From the human T2T-CHM13v2.0 reference genome, Homo sapiens: 64,000 bases of DNA. The position numbers and the translations under genes are program-made. The notes below the pieces were generated by a model. It did not search any database, had not been told where the DNA came from, and saw only the letters and a list, made by a program, of their open reading frames with translations. Positions 29,715-44,890 of this stretch are shown here, one piece after another (positions within the stretch are counted from its first letter, which is position 1; each line of letters opens with the position of its first letter). The DNA lies in assembly GCF_009914755.1 (NCBI RefSeq), contig NC_060932.1. One strand, given 5' to 3'.

Positions 29715-30963
29715 GTGAAATGTAGTATGACCAATTCAGCTTCTTTCCATTTAAACTTAATTCCTATTATGTTCTTACCTATTTGGAGGACAAAAACCGT
29801 TAAACACAGATTTTCTCCCTTCAAGCATTCACAAGCTCGATAGAAGAAACTTGACACACGTATGAAGCAAATTCTACAAATATGAGCTGGAGGGACAGTA
29901 ACTGCTAGGAAGGAATGAGAGAGAAGCTTAATATGGGCCACAGCATAGGAAAACTTCACGAGAGAAAAGAGACTTACACTGTCCCCTGAATTAACTAGCC
30001 AACCTATCAAGGTTTATTTAGTACTTATTATGTATCAGCCACTATCCTAGTTGCTAACGGTATAAAAATGCACATAATTCCCAAACTCTAGGGTCATAGA
30101 GGGTGGTATATTTAAGATGATTAATGCAGTACACAATCCAAAATGGCAACTACCAAGACAAAGCAGTGGACACTAATGCAAAATGAGAGAGAAGGCAATG
30201 AGAAACATGGACTATAGAATTCAAAAAATTTAGATTGAATCCAACATCTGTTTATGGAACATCTACAGATTACTTGTCATGCACTGAACTAAGATGGATA
30301 TTTAGTATGTAGGAACACATGTATAGTCATTACCTTTATGAAATTTACAGTCTAAATGAGGAAAACTGATTAAAAAAAAAAAACTACAAAAATGATGAGA
30401 GAAGCCTGGGTCAGGAAAGGTCATCAGCATTCAAGATGAGTAAGATTAAGCAACAGAAGAAGGGAACAGCAACCTTGTTAACAAAAACAGGATGAATACA
30501 TGCACTGAGATGAAAAAGCACCAGATATTTTGGTGGGATGGTGAGTGGCTCAGTCCGGACAGATGATAAACATCAGTGGGTGTGCTTAGAAAGAGACATG
30601 GATAGAAAATACAGCTGGATCTGGAATGCCAGGCTAAGAAGTCAGGACATTGGACATTATGAGCATTCAAAAAATGAGATAAATAGTTGATAATAATGAT
30701 AAAAATTATGAAATCCAAGTGGGGAGTTTGAAGAATGTATACGTTGTTGATTGTGCAGGCTACTTCAAAAAAGTCAAATCAAATAATAATTGGAGGAAAC
30801 CAAAATCAATAACTGGTTTTACTTTTTGGAGATTGCTGGTATACTTCGAGATTGCAGATTTAATACAGTAATATGAGTGAGAAAATAGAATCAGCAGGTG
30901 TAGCTTATTTATTTCAGAACAGCATTCCAGACATTTATGTTCCAGAGTTGTTATTCAGTGAGA

Positions 30964-30996
30964 TACACACACACATACACACACACACACACACAT
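30964..30996. repeat. (CA)n microsatellite
   Basis: Direct reading; interrupted CA tract. Confidence 0.9.
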
Positions 30997-32386
30997 ACCC
31001 CATACAAGTATTTTGTGGTGAAAATGAGTTTAAGAAACACAGAATCAAGCAGGTTTCTCTATTATAGGACTTTTCCAACCTGCTAATATACTAATAACCA
31101 TGGTGACTTTGGAGGACAATGATGGTATGCAATGTTTCCCAAATGCACTAGAATATAGGACATGTTTTATGGAAGATTTGTTATGATTTCCTTGGAATAC
31201 AAATATTCATCAAAGCACAATATGGGAAAACTATGCTAGAAACTGCATAACATGAAGAAAAAAATGGTAAGCACATTGACAGATGGTGGGGTATTTACCT
31301 GATGGAGGTGCCATTTGGGCTTAAAGGAAGAAGTGACAAATACTTGCATAAATGAACAGTAACAGTGAAATAGAATTAAAAGCAGATTGTGATACTGTAA
31401 GTTTTATTCTCTCACCATTCATCTAGGTTCAGGGTATTAGAGGCCATAAAAAGCATATTCCATAGAAAAATGGAAATGTTTCCTCTCCTTTTTAATCACC
31501 TCAGCCTTCTAATATGATGACATATTGGATTAGAAGACACTTTATTGTGTCAAAACTTGGCTCCAATTTACCATGATTTCTGGACTAAATTTGTAAGGCT
31601 TGATGGCCATGACCAGGGTGTCATGAGTTAGACAACTTGAAGGTAAAAGACTGATTTTTCTTCACAAAAAGTATTAAAAAGATATATGCTAAGTGTGGAG
31701 TTTTCTAGCCTGACACTGGTTGGGCATTTTAAGATGATCTGAATGCAGTGGTATAAACAGCTCATTGATTTCTCGAAGCCAGTTGATGATATGGACCTCC
31801 AGGTCTGGAAAGGTATTTGTCTCACCTAGGGTCAGCCTCAAGATTCCTTGAGATAGGACATTTCCAGATCGAAATGTGGACCCATTTGCTATTAATCAAA
31901 GTGAATATATGGGAGGAAGTTTCAGTACAAGACTCTCTAGATATTCATCAAGTCAGAGGCTTCTTAGACTCGCTGCCCTTGGCTCACTATGTTGCTCTCA
32001 TTCAGAAGAGGCCTGTGAACTCTTTGCCAGAAAGTGATAAAATAAATTATTCCAGAGCTGTGTGCTCCGAGAAAGAAGGCAGTGATCATCACATGATATA
32101 AGAGAGTGTTCTGTTTAGGGCACTTTAATTCAGAGGGATGAAGACAAGTGAGGATATAAATAATGGTCAGAGGATGACTAAGGACATGCAGGAATTGATT
32201 GCCAGGAAATGTTAGGTCTGCTAAAAACTGCTGCTGCTCTTAACTGCCCACATGTTGATTCACTTAAAAATGTTTACCCCAGAGATTAGACATTAGGATG
32301 TTACCTCACTTTAGCAATGAGGGATCTGGAAGCTGTAAGTGAATACGGAGGAAAAAAATAGGCTGTATGATGATATAAAAAATGGC

Positions 32387-32738
32387 TGTATTAGTTTGTT
32401 TTTACTCTGCTGATAAAGACATATCTGAGACTTGGCAATTTACAAAAGAAAGAGGTTTAATGAAAGGACTTACACTTCCACGTGGTTGGGGAGGCCTCAC
32501 AATCATGGTGGAAGGCAAGGAGGAGCAAGTCACATCTTATGTGGATGGTGGCAGGCAAAGAGAGAGCTTGTGCAGGGAAACTCTTCCTTATAAAACCATC
32601 ACATCTCATGAGACTTACTCACTATCACAAGAACAGCACAGGAAAGACCTGCCCCCATGATTACCTCCCACCAGGTCCCTCCCACAACACGTGGGAATTC
32701 AAGATGAGATTTGGATGGGAGCACAGCCAAAGTATATT
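32387..32738 (-). mobile_element. THE1 (MaLR) solo LTR, THE1B-like
   Basis: tgtattagt...ctgctgataaagacata...ggcctcacaatcatggtggaaggcaaggaggagcaagtcacatcttatgtggatgg. Confidence 0.88.
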
Positions 32739-32767
32739 AGAGGATTTTAGACAAGATCTTTGAAAAA

Positions 32768-32953
32768 CTTTTTTTAAAATAGATTTAGGGGCTACTGTGC
32801 AGTTTTATTACATGCAGTAGTGAAGTAGTGGTGAAGTTGGGGCTTTTAGTGTAACGATCACCTGAATAGTATACCTTGTGCCCATTAAGTAATTTTTCAT
32901 CCCTCATTTCCCTCCCACCCTCCCACCTTTCTGAGTCTCCAATGTGTATTATT
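32768..32953 (-). mobile_element. Heavily 5'-truncated L1PB-like 3' end
   Basis: T-tail then ...cccattaagtaatttttcatccctca...ctgagtctccaatgtgtattatt. Confidence 0.8.
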
Positions 32954-33019
32954 TCCTGAAAAACTTATTTGAATTATATAAAACATCAATTGGAAAGTTA
33001 GGATAAGCTTTTCCACTCT

Positions 33020-34290
<1,271 letters not shown>

Positions 34291-35165
34291 AAAATATAGA
34301 ATGAGTTTTAATGCCTTTCAAAGTGGAAGTTTTAAAGGTAGCTTTATTAATAAGGAAAATATCTTCCTGAAAATGAAATCACATTTAGTAATTTCTCATC
34401 CCTCATGAAGTAATTTCTCATCCCTCATCTCCCTTCCACCCTCCCATCTTTCTGAGACTCCAGTGCGTATTATTTCCTGAAAAACTTATTTGAATTATAT
34501 AAAACATTGATTGGAAAGTTAGGATAACCATTAGTTATCCTAACCAAAGTTATCCTAACTAGCCAAAGTTAGTTAGGCAACCACTGTATAGAAGGCTTGA
34601 TGTTGAACCCTGTCTGACAGTTGGGCCCTGCCTGACAGTTGGGCTCCTGAGGAGCTCATAGTTCAGAGGCAGTGGCAAGCCTGTAACAAGATGTCCATAC
34701 TCTGATTTAAAGTCCACTCCAGGACTTAATAGCTGTGTGACCACAGACAAGTTATTGAGCCTCAGATCCTCTGAGCTGTAAAATTGTAATAACAATGCTG
34801 CCTACTTCATAGGGCTGTAGCATCAATTAAATAAGATAATATAGATAAGAATTTAATACTGAACTTGGCAGCTAGAAGGACTTTATAATGTTCGTTAGAT
34901 AATAACACATTGTGTTCTTATGAAGTTGAACTGAATTAAAGGTAGAAGAAAAGACCTATTCTCCAGAGACATTTTCTTCAGATGGCTTACTTAAGGGGTA
35001 GAGAGATGGGATTGGAGCTGCAGTTTGAAAGCATGGTATGCCATATTAAGGAGTTTGTAATTTATCTTTGTGGGCAGATGAACAAAGTTTCAAGCAGGTG
35101 AACAAATTATCAGAATAGTTAACATCCACAGCAGCATAGTTAGAAGGCTGTTGCAATAATCCAAA

Positions 35166-35315
35166 TAGTGTTCTCAAAATGGGATTCTCAGACCAAGTCT
35201 ATCTCTCAGACCAAGTCCACCACAGTCTCTTGAAAAATTATAATTAGAGATTTTATTTTTAATAAACTTTCTAGGTGATTCTTTTTGCACACTTGGGTTT
35301 GGGAATTGCTGGTCT
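35166..35315. mobile_element. MER5-like DNA transposon fragment within L2 remnant
   Basis: agtgttctcaaa...ttttaataaactttctaggtgattct...gggtttgggaattgctg. Confidence 0.5.
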
Positions 35316-36059
35316 AGAAGAGAAGTAATAGAATTCTTAAAAGAGTATCAGAAAAAAGAGGAGGAGGAGTTTTAAGAAATATTTAGGAGGTAAATTAACA
35401 AAATTTGTTAATCCATAGGATGTGGGGAAGTGAATTATAGGAAAAAAATCAGGATGCTGCCAAAGTTTTTAGCTTGGACAATTGGTTCAATTAAAAAGGG
35501 ATGGCAGAGGAAGTTGTAGTCTAGGAAGAAAAGACAATAGATGCCCTTTGGGGCATGTTGAATTTGAGCACATCCAGATGGAGGGAGCCAATAGGCCTAC
35601 TCTATAGGAAAATCCTGTCTGAACTTTAAGTAAAAAATGGGGACTGGAGATCTAGGAAATGTACATGAATAATTAAGGCCACCCACAAAAAGCACATGGA
35701 GTTAAAAGACTAGAGTGCTGAGGATAATGTTCTGGAACACTAAAATTAAGCAAACGAAAAGAAGCTGTAAATGAAATCCAGAAGAAGTATTGGAAGTGGT
35801 TGGGAGGAGATCCATGAAATTGTGTGGTCATAGAAGTCAACAAAGTAGAGTTCAAAGTGGGAAACGTATAATGATTCAGTGATTGTTAGTAGACTGAGAA
35901 GTAAAAAGCACATTTGACCCTCGAATTGCTTTTTTTTTTCTTTTTTTTGTATTTTCTCTAATTTTTAGATGCAAAAGTTTTACATTTTGTAAGATTAAAA
36001 ACTTAAAAAAATAACAGTTAACAATCCCACTAGAGTGTCTATTGCTCAACACTGGATGA

Positions 36060-36560
36060 TATCTCTGTTCATTCAGTTCTTTCAGTATAAATGAAAGCTA
36101 GAAACCAAAGTCTGACTGGCTTTAACAACCAGAACAAAAGGTAAAAATATGTAACAAAGCTATAAGATGCTGTCAGTGGATCTCCTGGGCAAGATCAGCT
36201 CCTTTGGTTAAAATGATGTCATTAGACATTTCTTATCTCTTGACTTTCCTACCTTCTGTTTTTGTAGCAAATTCATAACCAGCATCACTAAACTTACATT
36301 TCATACACCAAGTGCAATGAAAGAGAATGTCCCAAGAGTTGTGGCAAAATCTCTGCATTGCTTTAATTGGTCTAGCTTGAGTCATGCGATTTTTCCCTTA
36401 AGCAATCATCACTAGAGCCAAGCTGTATCTTATTGGCCAGACCTGGATTACACTATCGCCCAGTTAACCATGGGGCTGTCAGAAGTTTCTCAAAAAAAAT
36501 CAGGGTGGTATTACCAGAAGCAGGAATGGATTCTGAGCAGGCATAAACAACAGATGGCCA
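36060..36560. mobile_element. Old MLT1 (MaLR) LTR remnant
   Basis: attggtctagcttgagtcatg, attggccagacctgg and aatcagggtggtattaccagaag motifs. Confidence 0.5.
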
Positions 36561-37166
36561 AGAGAGTAGCACCAGTGTATTTATGTGCCAATCTTAATTA
36601 CCTCCTTTATCTTGCATTGACATGCTAATCAGTGTATTTTCTCTTCTGCAAATTTTCTGATCTTTAAAAACTCAAACAGGAAAGTTGTTATCTTTACACA
36701 AGATACTTGGTCCAGAGGCCAGGTTACCGTAGGTTATAAATGGAGCTGGAGAAGAGGAAGGCAAAGCAACTATAGATCACTTTTCTTATAAAGTTGCCTG
36801 AAAAGGAGAGAACTGGAGCTGTAGTCTGAGTAGAAGGCATTGTAAAGGATTTTTTTTTTTAACCTTACAGATAGGGATCAATGAAGATTGATTTCTCGGT
36901 TAAGAATGAAAATACTTAGATATTTTTTTCATGTAGCTATTTTACCTAAAATGCTTTTCATGATAAAGGTATGTAAATATTTACGTCTTAGATTTCTTTT
37001 CCTGCCCGGTTGTATTTGACTTTGGTCCTTGGAGATGTATCACACAACTGTAGATTTCCATGTGATGTTAACGTTGGTAGAGGCCATTATTTTGTGGGAA
37101 AATGGGTTTAAGGGTTTCAGTGCATATTTGGCAGAGTGACAATCCAAACATGAGTTTCATGTTTTA

Positions 37167-37583
<417 letters not shown>

Positions 37584-38466
37584 CTATTGTACATGTAATA
37601 AAAGTATTCTTAATAAGCAGAGTAAAAGTCTTTCGCAAATTTATTTTGAATTCACATTTAAGCAATGAATGGAGTGTGTAATTCTGAACTTATTTCCTGA
37701 CCATTCCTTTTGGGATAAAGTTAAAATTCAGAGGTAGAAGAACTTGTTAACTAGATCATTATTAACAGTATAGTAATTGCTGCATAAATTAAAAAATAAA
37801 TATCAGTGGCTTTGAACTTCAGCTTTAAAGCTGAAATCTTAAAAGAATGTCTTGTGCCATTCTGAGTAAAAGGAGATGATCAAAAGCCATTACTCAGTGT
37901 TTGCACATCTGACACTATAAATCAGCAAAGACAAGCAAGAAGCATTGCCTGTGGCTTTTCTAGAGCTTCTAGGATACATTTCAAGCATCTTTTGAAGCAT
38001 ACTTTTCAAGCATGATTTTAGCCCACTGTTATTTTAGTCCTCAACCAGAGGGGAAAAGGGAAAGGACTGTGATTAAGTTTCATTTTACTCGGGACCATTT
38101 CATCCAAGTTGGTGACATAAACCAGGCACCTATTGGATGCCCAAGTCCAAGGCAGCAGATTGCCCTGGATCACAAGTGAGGCCAACTTTGCCTTTAGAGA
38201 AGAGGCAGAGTGAAGAGTGATCTGAAATATCTGTTTACATGAACATGTATATGGACATGCATCAGTGAGAATAGATTGGGAAAAGTCTATTCTTTGAAAA
38301 AACTTAAAAAACAGAGCCTTGATTGTAACGCCTGCCAATAGTCATGGGAGTGGCATTTTCTGAAATGTCACAGTTGAATCACATCTCTCTTTACAAAATC
38401 ATAATTATCATTATGTTAAATATGGACACAGTGGAAAACGGCGTGCCAGTAGGAAGGAGGTGGTAT

Positions 38467-38568
38467 TAGCAAGGAGATGTATTTTCTTCATAAAAGGCAG
38501 TAGCTAGGAGATGTATTTTCTTTATAAAAGGCAGTAGCTAGGAGATGTATTTTCTTTATAAAAGGCAG
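38467..38568. repeat. Minisatellite, 3 x 34 bp
   Basis: Unit tagctaggagatgtattttctttataaaaggcag. Copies 2 and 3 are identical; copy 1 has two mismatches. Confidence 0.95.
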
Positions 38569-38615
38569 GACCAATCCTATGATTGGCAAAAGAAATGTTC
38601 CTGATTCTGGCAGAG

Positions 38616-41190
38616 TGTGATGGCGCCTGGGGGAGTTGTATTAACCATGGCTTTTATTTTGTGTATTCTGATGCTTTGACATCTGGCCATTGCTGATCTT
38701 GGAGGGACTCCCAGGGCTACCTTATCCATAGAGATAGTAAACAGCTCACCCCCAAGTGTGATTTTCATATGGAAATCAACCAATCCAGAGCCCACACTCC
38801 TGGCTACCTCCTCTATTGGGCTCTCACACTCCAGGCCACTGTCCAGATGCCCTACTCAGGGCCACTTACCAAATGACAGGGGGCAGTCCCTCTGCTCCAG
38901 AGCCCACTGAAATTACTCAAACTGTCTAATCTTTTTTAAAAATAATTAATTTATTTTTTATTTTAATAGTTTTGGGGGTATACAAAACTATTGAATGAGT
39001 TCTTTCATAGTGAATTCTGAGATTTTAGTGCACCTGTCACCTGAGCAGTGTACGCTGTACCCAATATGTTGTTTTTTATCTATCACCCCCTTCCCAATCA
39101 CCCCCACCTCACACCCCACAGTCCATTATATCACTCAGTTTGTTGTTGCATCTTCATAGCTTAGCTCGCACTTAAAAGTGAGAACGTACAGTATTTGGTT
39201 TTCCATTCCCGAGTTACTTAGAATAATGGCCTCCGGTTTCATCCAAGTTGCTGCAAAAGACATTTTTTTTTCCTTTTTATAACTGAGTAGTATTCCATGG
39301 TGTATATATATCACATTTTCTTTATCTTCTCATTATTCGGTGGACTCTTAGGCTGTTTCCATATTCTTGTAATTGCAAATTGTGCTGCTATAAACATGTG
39401 TGTGCATGTGCCTTTTTCACATAATGACTCCTTTTCCTTTGGGTAGATACCCAGTAGTGGGATAGCTTAGATATTTTTAGTTCTTTAAGGAAACTCTGTA
39501 CTGTTTTGCATAGTGGTCGTACTAATTTAAATTCCCCCTAACAGTGTAAAATGTTCTCTTTGCACCAGATCCACTCCAACATCTATTGTTTTTTGACTTT
39601 CTAATTATGGCCATTCTTGCAGGAGTAAGATGATATCTTGATATTTCATTGTGGTTTTAATTTGCGTTTCCCTGATGATTAGTGATTTTGAACATTTTTT
39701 GATATGTTTACTGGCCATTTGTGTATCTTCTTTTAAGAAATGATTATTCATATCCTTTGCCCACTTTTTGATGGGATTTTTTTTTTCTTGCTGATTTGAG
39801 CTCCTTGTAGATTCTGGCTACTAGTCCGTTGTCAGATGCATATTTCGTGAATATTTTCTCCCACTCTGTGGGTTATCTCTTTGCTCTGCTGATTATTTAT
39901 TTTGCTGTGTAGAAGCTTGTTAGTTTAAGTGAGTCCCATTTATTTATTTTTGTTTTGGATGCATTTGCTTTTGGGGTCTTAGTCATGATGTCTTTGCCTA
40001 AGTCAATGTTCGGAAGAGTTTCTCCAGTGTTGTCTTCTAGAATTTTTATGGTTTCAGGTCTTAGGTATAAGTGTACAATCCATCTTGAGCTGATTTTTGT
40101 ATAAGGTGAGAAAAGGGTATCCAGTTTCATTCTCCTACCTATGGCTTGCCAATTTTCCCAGCACCATTTATTGAATAGAGTGTCCTTTCCCCAATTCATG
40201 TTTTTGTATACTTTCTTGAAGATCAGTTGACTGTAAGTATTTAGCTTTTGTGGTATTTAGTATTTGTGGGTTCTGTATTCTGTTCCAATGGTCTAAGTGA
40301 ATATTTTTATACCAGTACCATGCTCTTTTGGTTAATACAGCCTTGTAGTATAATTTGAAGTCCAGTAATGTGATGCTTCCAGATTTGTTCTTTTTTCTTA
40401 GAATTGCTTTGGGTATGTGGGCTCTTTTTTGGTTCCATATGAATTTTAGGATGTTTTTCTCATTCTGTGAAAAATGATGATGGTATTTTTATGGGAATTG
40501 CACTGAATCTATAGATTGCTTGGGTAATATGGTCGTTTTCACAATATTGATTCTTCCCATCCATAAGCATGGGATGTGTTTCCATTTTTTTGTGTCACTT
40601 ATTATTTCTTTCAGTAGTGTTTTGTAGTTTTCCTTGTAGACATCTTTTGCCTCCTTGGTTAAGTATATATTACTAGGTATTTTATTTTATTTCCAGCTGA
40701 TGTAAAAGGGATTGAGTTCTTGATTTGATTCTCAGATTGGTCTTTGTTGGTGTATAACAGAGCTACTGATTTGTGTACATTGATTTTGTAACCTGAGACT
40801 TTACTAAATTTGTTCATCAAATCTAGGAGCCTTTTGGATGAGTCTTTAGGGTTTTCTAGCTATACAATCATATCATAGGCAAACAGTGATAGTTCGACTT
40901 CCTCTTTTCCAATTTGGATGCTCTTTATTTCTTTCTCTTGCCCGATTGCTCTAAACAAACTGGCTAATCTTAAGCCTGCTTACCATACCTCACCATTTCC
41001 CCTCCATGGAAACCACAATCAAGCTTCCTGTCCACATTTCCCACGTCTCCCTTGGCCTCCTGCCTGACCTGGTGCTTACTTGTGGGGCCCTTTATGTGTG
41101 GCATGCCCCTTTCTCTTGGGCTCTGCGAGTACATAACAAACATCTTTTCAATGGCAGTTGTTTCCTGATCTTTTGTCCCCACCATACCAA
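38616..41190 (+). mobile_element. ERVL-type solo LTR (MER74-like) split by an L1 insertion
   Basis: tattctgatgctttgacatc...agagatagtaaaca...accaatccagagcccacac up to 38933, resuming after 40956 with taagcctgcttacc...catggaaaccacaat. Confidence 0.7.
38934..40953 (-). mobile_element. 5'-truncated L1PB (~2 kb; 3'UTR and end of ORF2)
   Basis: ORF2 remnant [16 protein letters not shown] at 39897-40199 (-). TSD caaactgtctaatctt 38918-38933 / caaactggctaatctt 40956-40971. Confidence 0.93.
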
Positions 41191-41647
41191 AAAATAATGA
41201 AACCTATTTTAAAACACAGATGGCTGGGCAAAAGGGGGCAGGAGTAAATTTCTTCTAAGAATATCTGTGAATATAACAATAAAGTTACATTGGATGGTCA
41301 GATCACCTCTGAAGCTAATTTGTGACCATCCTAGGGAAAGACTCTCATTTTCAACTGCTTGAAGAAACTTCCATAGGGGTCATCTGGGCTCATCAGCATT
41401 ATCTCTTGTACTTCAGAGTCCTTAACTCGTTGTGCTGGAATATACCCAACTCTCATATAATACTAACAATAACAATAATAGAATTGATTTATTCAAGTGG
41501 TATGTACTGGCATATTAGCACCTACTATGTGCCAGCACTGTTCTCAGCCCTGGGGCCACGGTGATAAATTAAAACAGGAATTATTGCTCTCATGAGGGAG
41601 ATAGCAAATGAAATAATAAACTTTATGGTATATAAAATACTTCATAG

Positions 41648-42665
<1,018 letters not shown>

Positions 42666-43070
42666 TCATAACTGGTCTTCTTGCCTACTGTCAAATGCAC
42701 CAAACTCATCAAGGTCTTTCTTGTCCCAGGGCGTTATTACTCTTTCCTCTTCCAGTTAGGTACTTCCCCAGATATTCTCGTGGTTTAGTATGACACTTTG
42801 CTCAAGTCTGCTCAAACATGACCACCTAGGAGAAGCCCTCCTTTTCAACTCTATCCCCAGCCATGGCTCTCTGTGCCCCTTACCTTGTGATACCTGTGTG
42901 CCCCTTACCTTGTCAGTACCTGAAATCATATGATATACTGCATGTATTTATTGCCTGTCCCCTCCTTCTTTCAAATGTTACCTTTAAGAAGACAGACTTG
43001 GCCTGTTTCTATAATGCTCTATTGTCAATGCCTGGGACAGTGCCTGGCAATAAGTAGGTGTAAATACGTA

Positions 43071-43105
43071 TGAATGAATGAATGAATGAATGAATGAATG
43101 AATGA
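43071..43105. repeat. (GAAT)n at the end of an L2 remnant (~42700-43105)
   Basis: tgaatgaatgaa tract after cagtgcctggca...taggtgtaaata, the typical L2 3' end. Confidence 0.85.
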
Positions 43106-43303
43106 AGTGGTAAAATTTTTATTTGAATCTAGGCCTTCTGCTTTTAAAACCCCTGCAAAAATGCCACCCTGTCTTATAGTTGGAGAAAAACTTGTGGTTG
43201 GGATGGGTGGTATCAGAGATGAAGTCCCAAAAGTCTTAACCAAACTCTGAAGGTAAGTGGAACAAGTTACAGGCATAAGAAATCACAACTGAAACAACAT
43301 CCT

Positions 43304-44312
43304 TATAGTGGGTTGAACAATAGCCCCCAAGAGATATGTCCTTGCACTAACACCTGGAAGCTATGAATATTACCTTAGAAAAGGATCTTTGAAGATGTAA
43401 TTAAGTTCAAGATTTTGAGATGAGACTGTCCTGGATTATCTGGATGGAACCTAAATCCAATGACAGATGCCCTTATACGTATTATAATGATTAATGATTT
43501 GCAATATTTTTTGATATGTTTACTGGCCATTTGTATATCTTCTTTTAAGAAATGATTATTATATTATAAGTAAAAGGCTAAAGGAGATTTGAGACATAGA
43601 GGAGGCCATGTGAAGACAGACAACATGAACGAACCTGGAAGACTTTATGCTAAGTGAAATAAATCAGTCACAGACAAATACTGCATAATCTCACTTGTAT
43701 GTGGAATCTAAAGAAATCAAATTCAGAAACAGAGAATAGAAGGGTGGTTGCCAGGGGCTGTGGGAAGGGGATGGGGAAAATGGGCTTTCAGTCAAAGGGT
43801 ACAAAGTTTCAGTCATAAGATAGGTAAGTTCTGAAAATTTAATGTACAACATGGTAACTGTAGTTAATAACAGTGTATTGTACCATGAAATGTGCCAAGT
43901 GAGTAGATTTTAAGTGTTCTTACCATTTAAAAAAACATGTATATGAGGTCATGAATATGTTAATTGGCTTGATTGTGGTCATCGGTTCACAATGTATACA
44001 TGTATTAAAACATCATGCTTTCTACCTTAAATATATACTTTTGTCAACTACACCTCAACAAAGCTGGAAAGAATAAAGAGACAAAGAAGCAGAGATCAGA
44101 GTTTTGCAACTGCTAGTCAAGGAAGGTCTGCAGCCACTGGAGACTGGAGGAGACAAAGAAAGATTCTCCCCTAGAGACTTCTGAGGAAGTGAGTCCCTGC
44201 TAGCACTTTGATTTTGGACTTCGGTCCTCCAGAACTGTCAGAGAATAAATTTCTGTTGTTTTAAGCCACCAAGTTTGTGATAATTTGTTACAGAGGCCAT
44301 AGGAAACATACA
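43304..44312 (+). mobile_element. MLT1 (MaLR) LTR with two insertions
   Basis: gtgggttgaa...tagcccccaa.agatatgtcc...gatgtaattaag; 3' part ccagaactgtcagagaataaatttctgttgttttaagccacc. Confidence 0.85.
43620..44075 (+). mobile_element. L1MA-like 3' end inserted in MLT1
   Basis: aacctggaagac.ttatgctaagtgaaataa...gggtacaaagtttcag...cctcaacaaagctgg. Confidence 0.85.
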
Positions 44313-44737
44313 ATTCTAGACTTAGTGAACTGGAGCTGGGACCCAGATTAGCCAGCGTGAAGACACGTCTTGGGGCAATACATGATATCGTGGTCCCCTG
44401 CTCATCTGCAACCAGACTGGTTCTAGCACTGGGCCGAGGCAACATCGTCACTTCATGCTGCTGGGAGGGGTAGGGTGTATAGAGCCAGCAAAGGCCAACA
44501 GTAGAATACACTGGGCTTAGCAAGCTCTCTGAGCTGCTGGGTTCTGCAATCTATGTGGTTCTGCATGGTTTAGCCTCCAAATGCAGAGGATTACAAAGTG
44601 CTAAAGATGCATAGCAAGTAATAAAATATTATGGGGATTGGAAACAGCCCCAAAAAGTGAATTCTTGCCCAAATGATAGAAAATTTTCCATTTCTAAGTC
44701 TTTATCAAGTATATCAATGCTTTGCTAAGGAAACACA

Positions 44738-44890
44738 TCTTCTTTTCTTCTTTTCTTCCTTCCTTCCTTCCTTCCTCCCTCCCTCCCTCCCTTTCTTTCT
44801 TTCTCTCTCTCTTTTTCTTTCTTTCTTTTCCTTCCCTTCCTTCCTTCCTTTTCTTCTTTCATTTTCTTTCTTTCTTTCCTTTCTTTTTTC
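44738..44890. repeat. Polypyrimidine low-complexity tract (TTCC/TTTC/CT)
   Basis: About 150 bp almost purely C/T. Confidence 0.9.

Larger units (their letters stand above)
24082..29735 (+). other. PREX2: PREX2 long 3'UTR
   Basis: Follows the stop codon. AU-rich and relatively repeat-poor up to AATAAA 29709-29714; L2 and other repeats resume after ~30000. The 3' end is inferred ~20 nt after the signal. Confidence 0.75.

Noticed and set aside
38467-38568. CRISPR-like appearance of 34-bp repeats
   Set aside because: The repeats are contiguous with no spacers, there are no cas genes, and the context is eukaryotic.
39897-40199. ORF resembling L1 ORF2 C-terminal region
   Set aside because: Fragment of a truncated, stop-riddled L1PB; not an intact gene.
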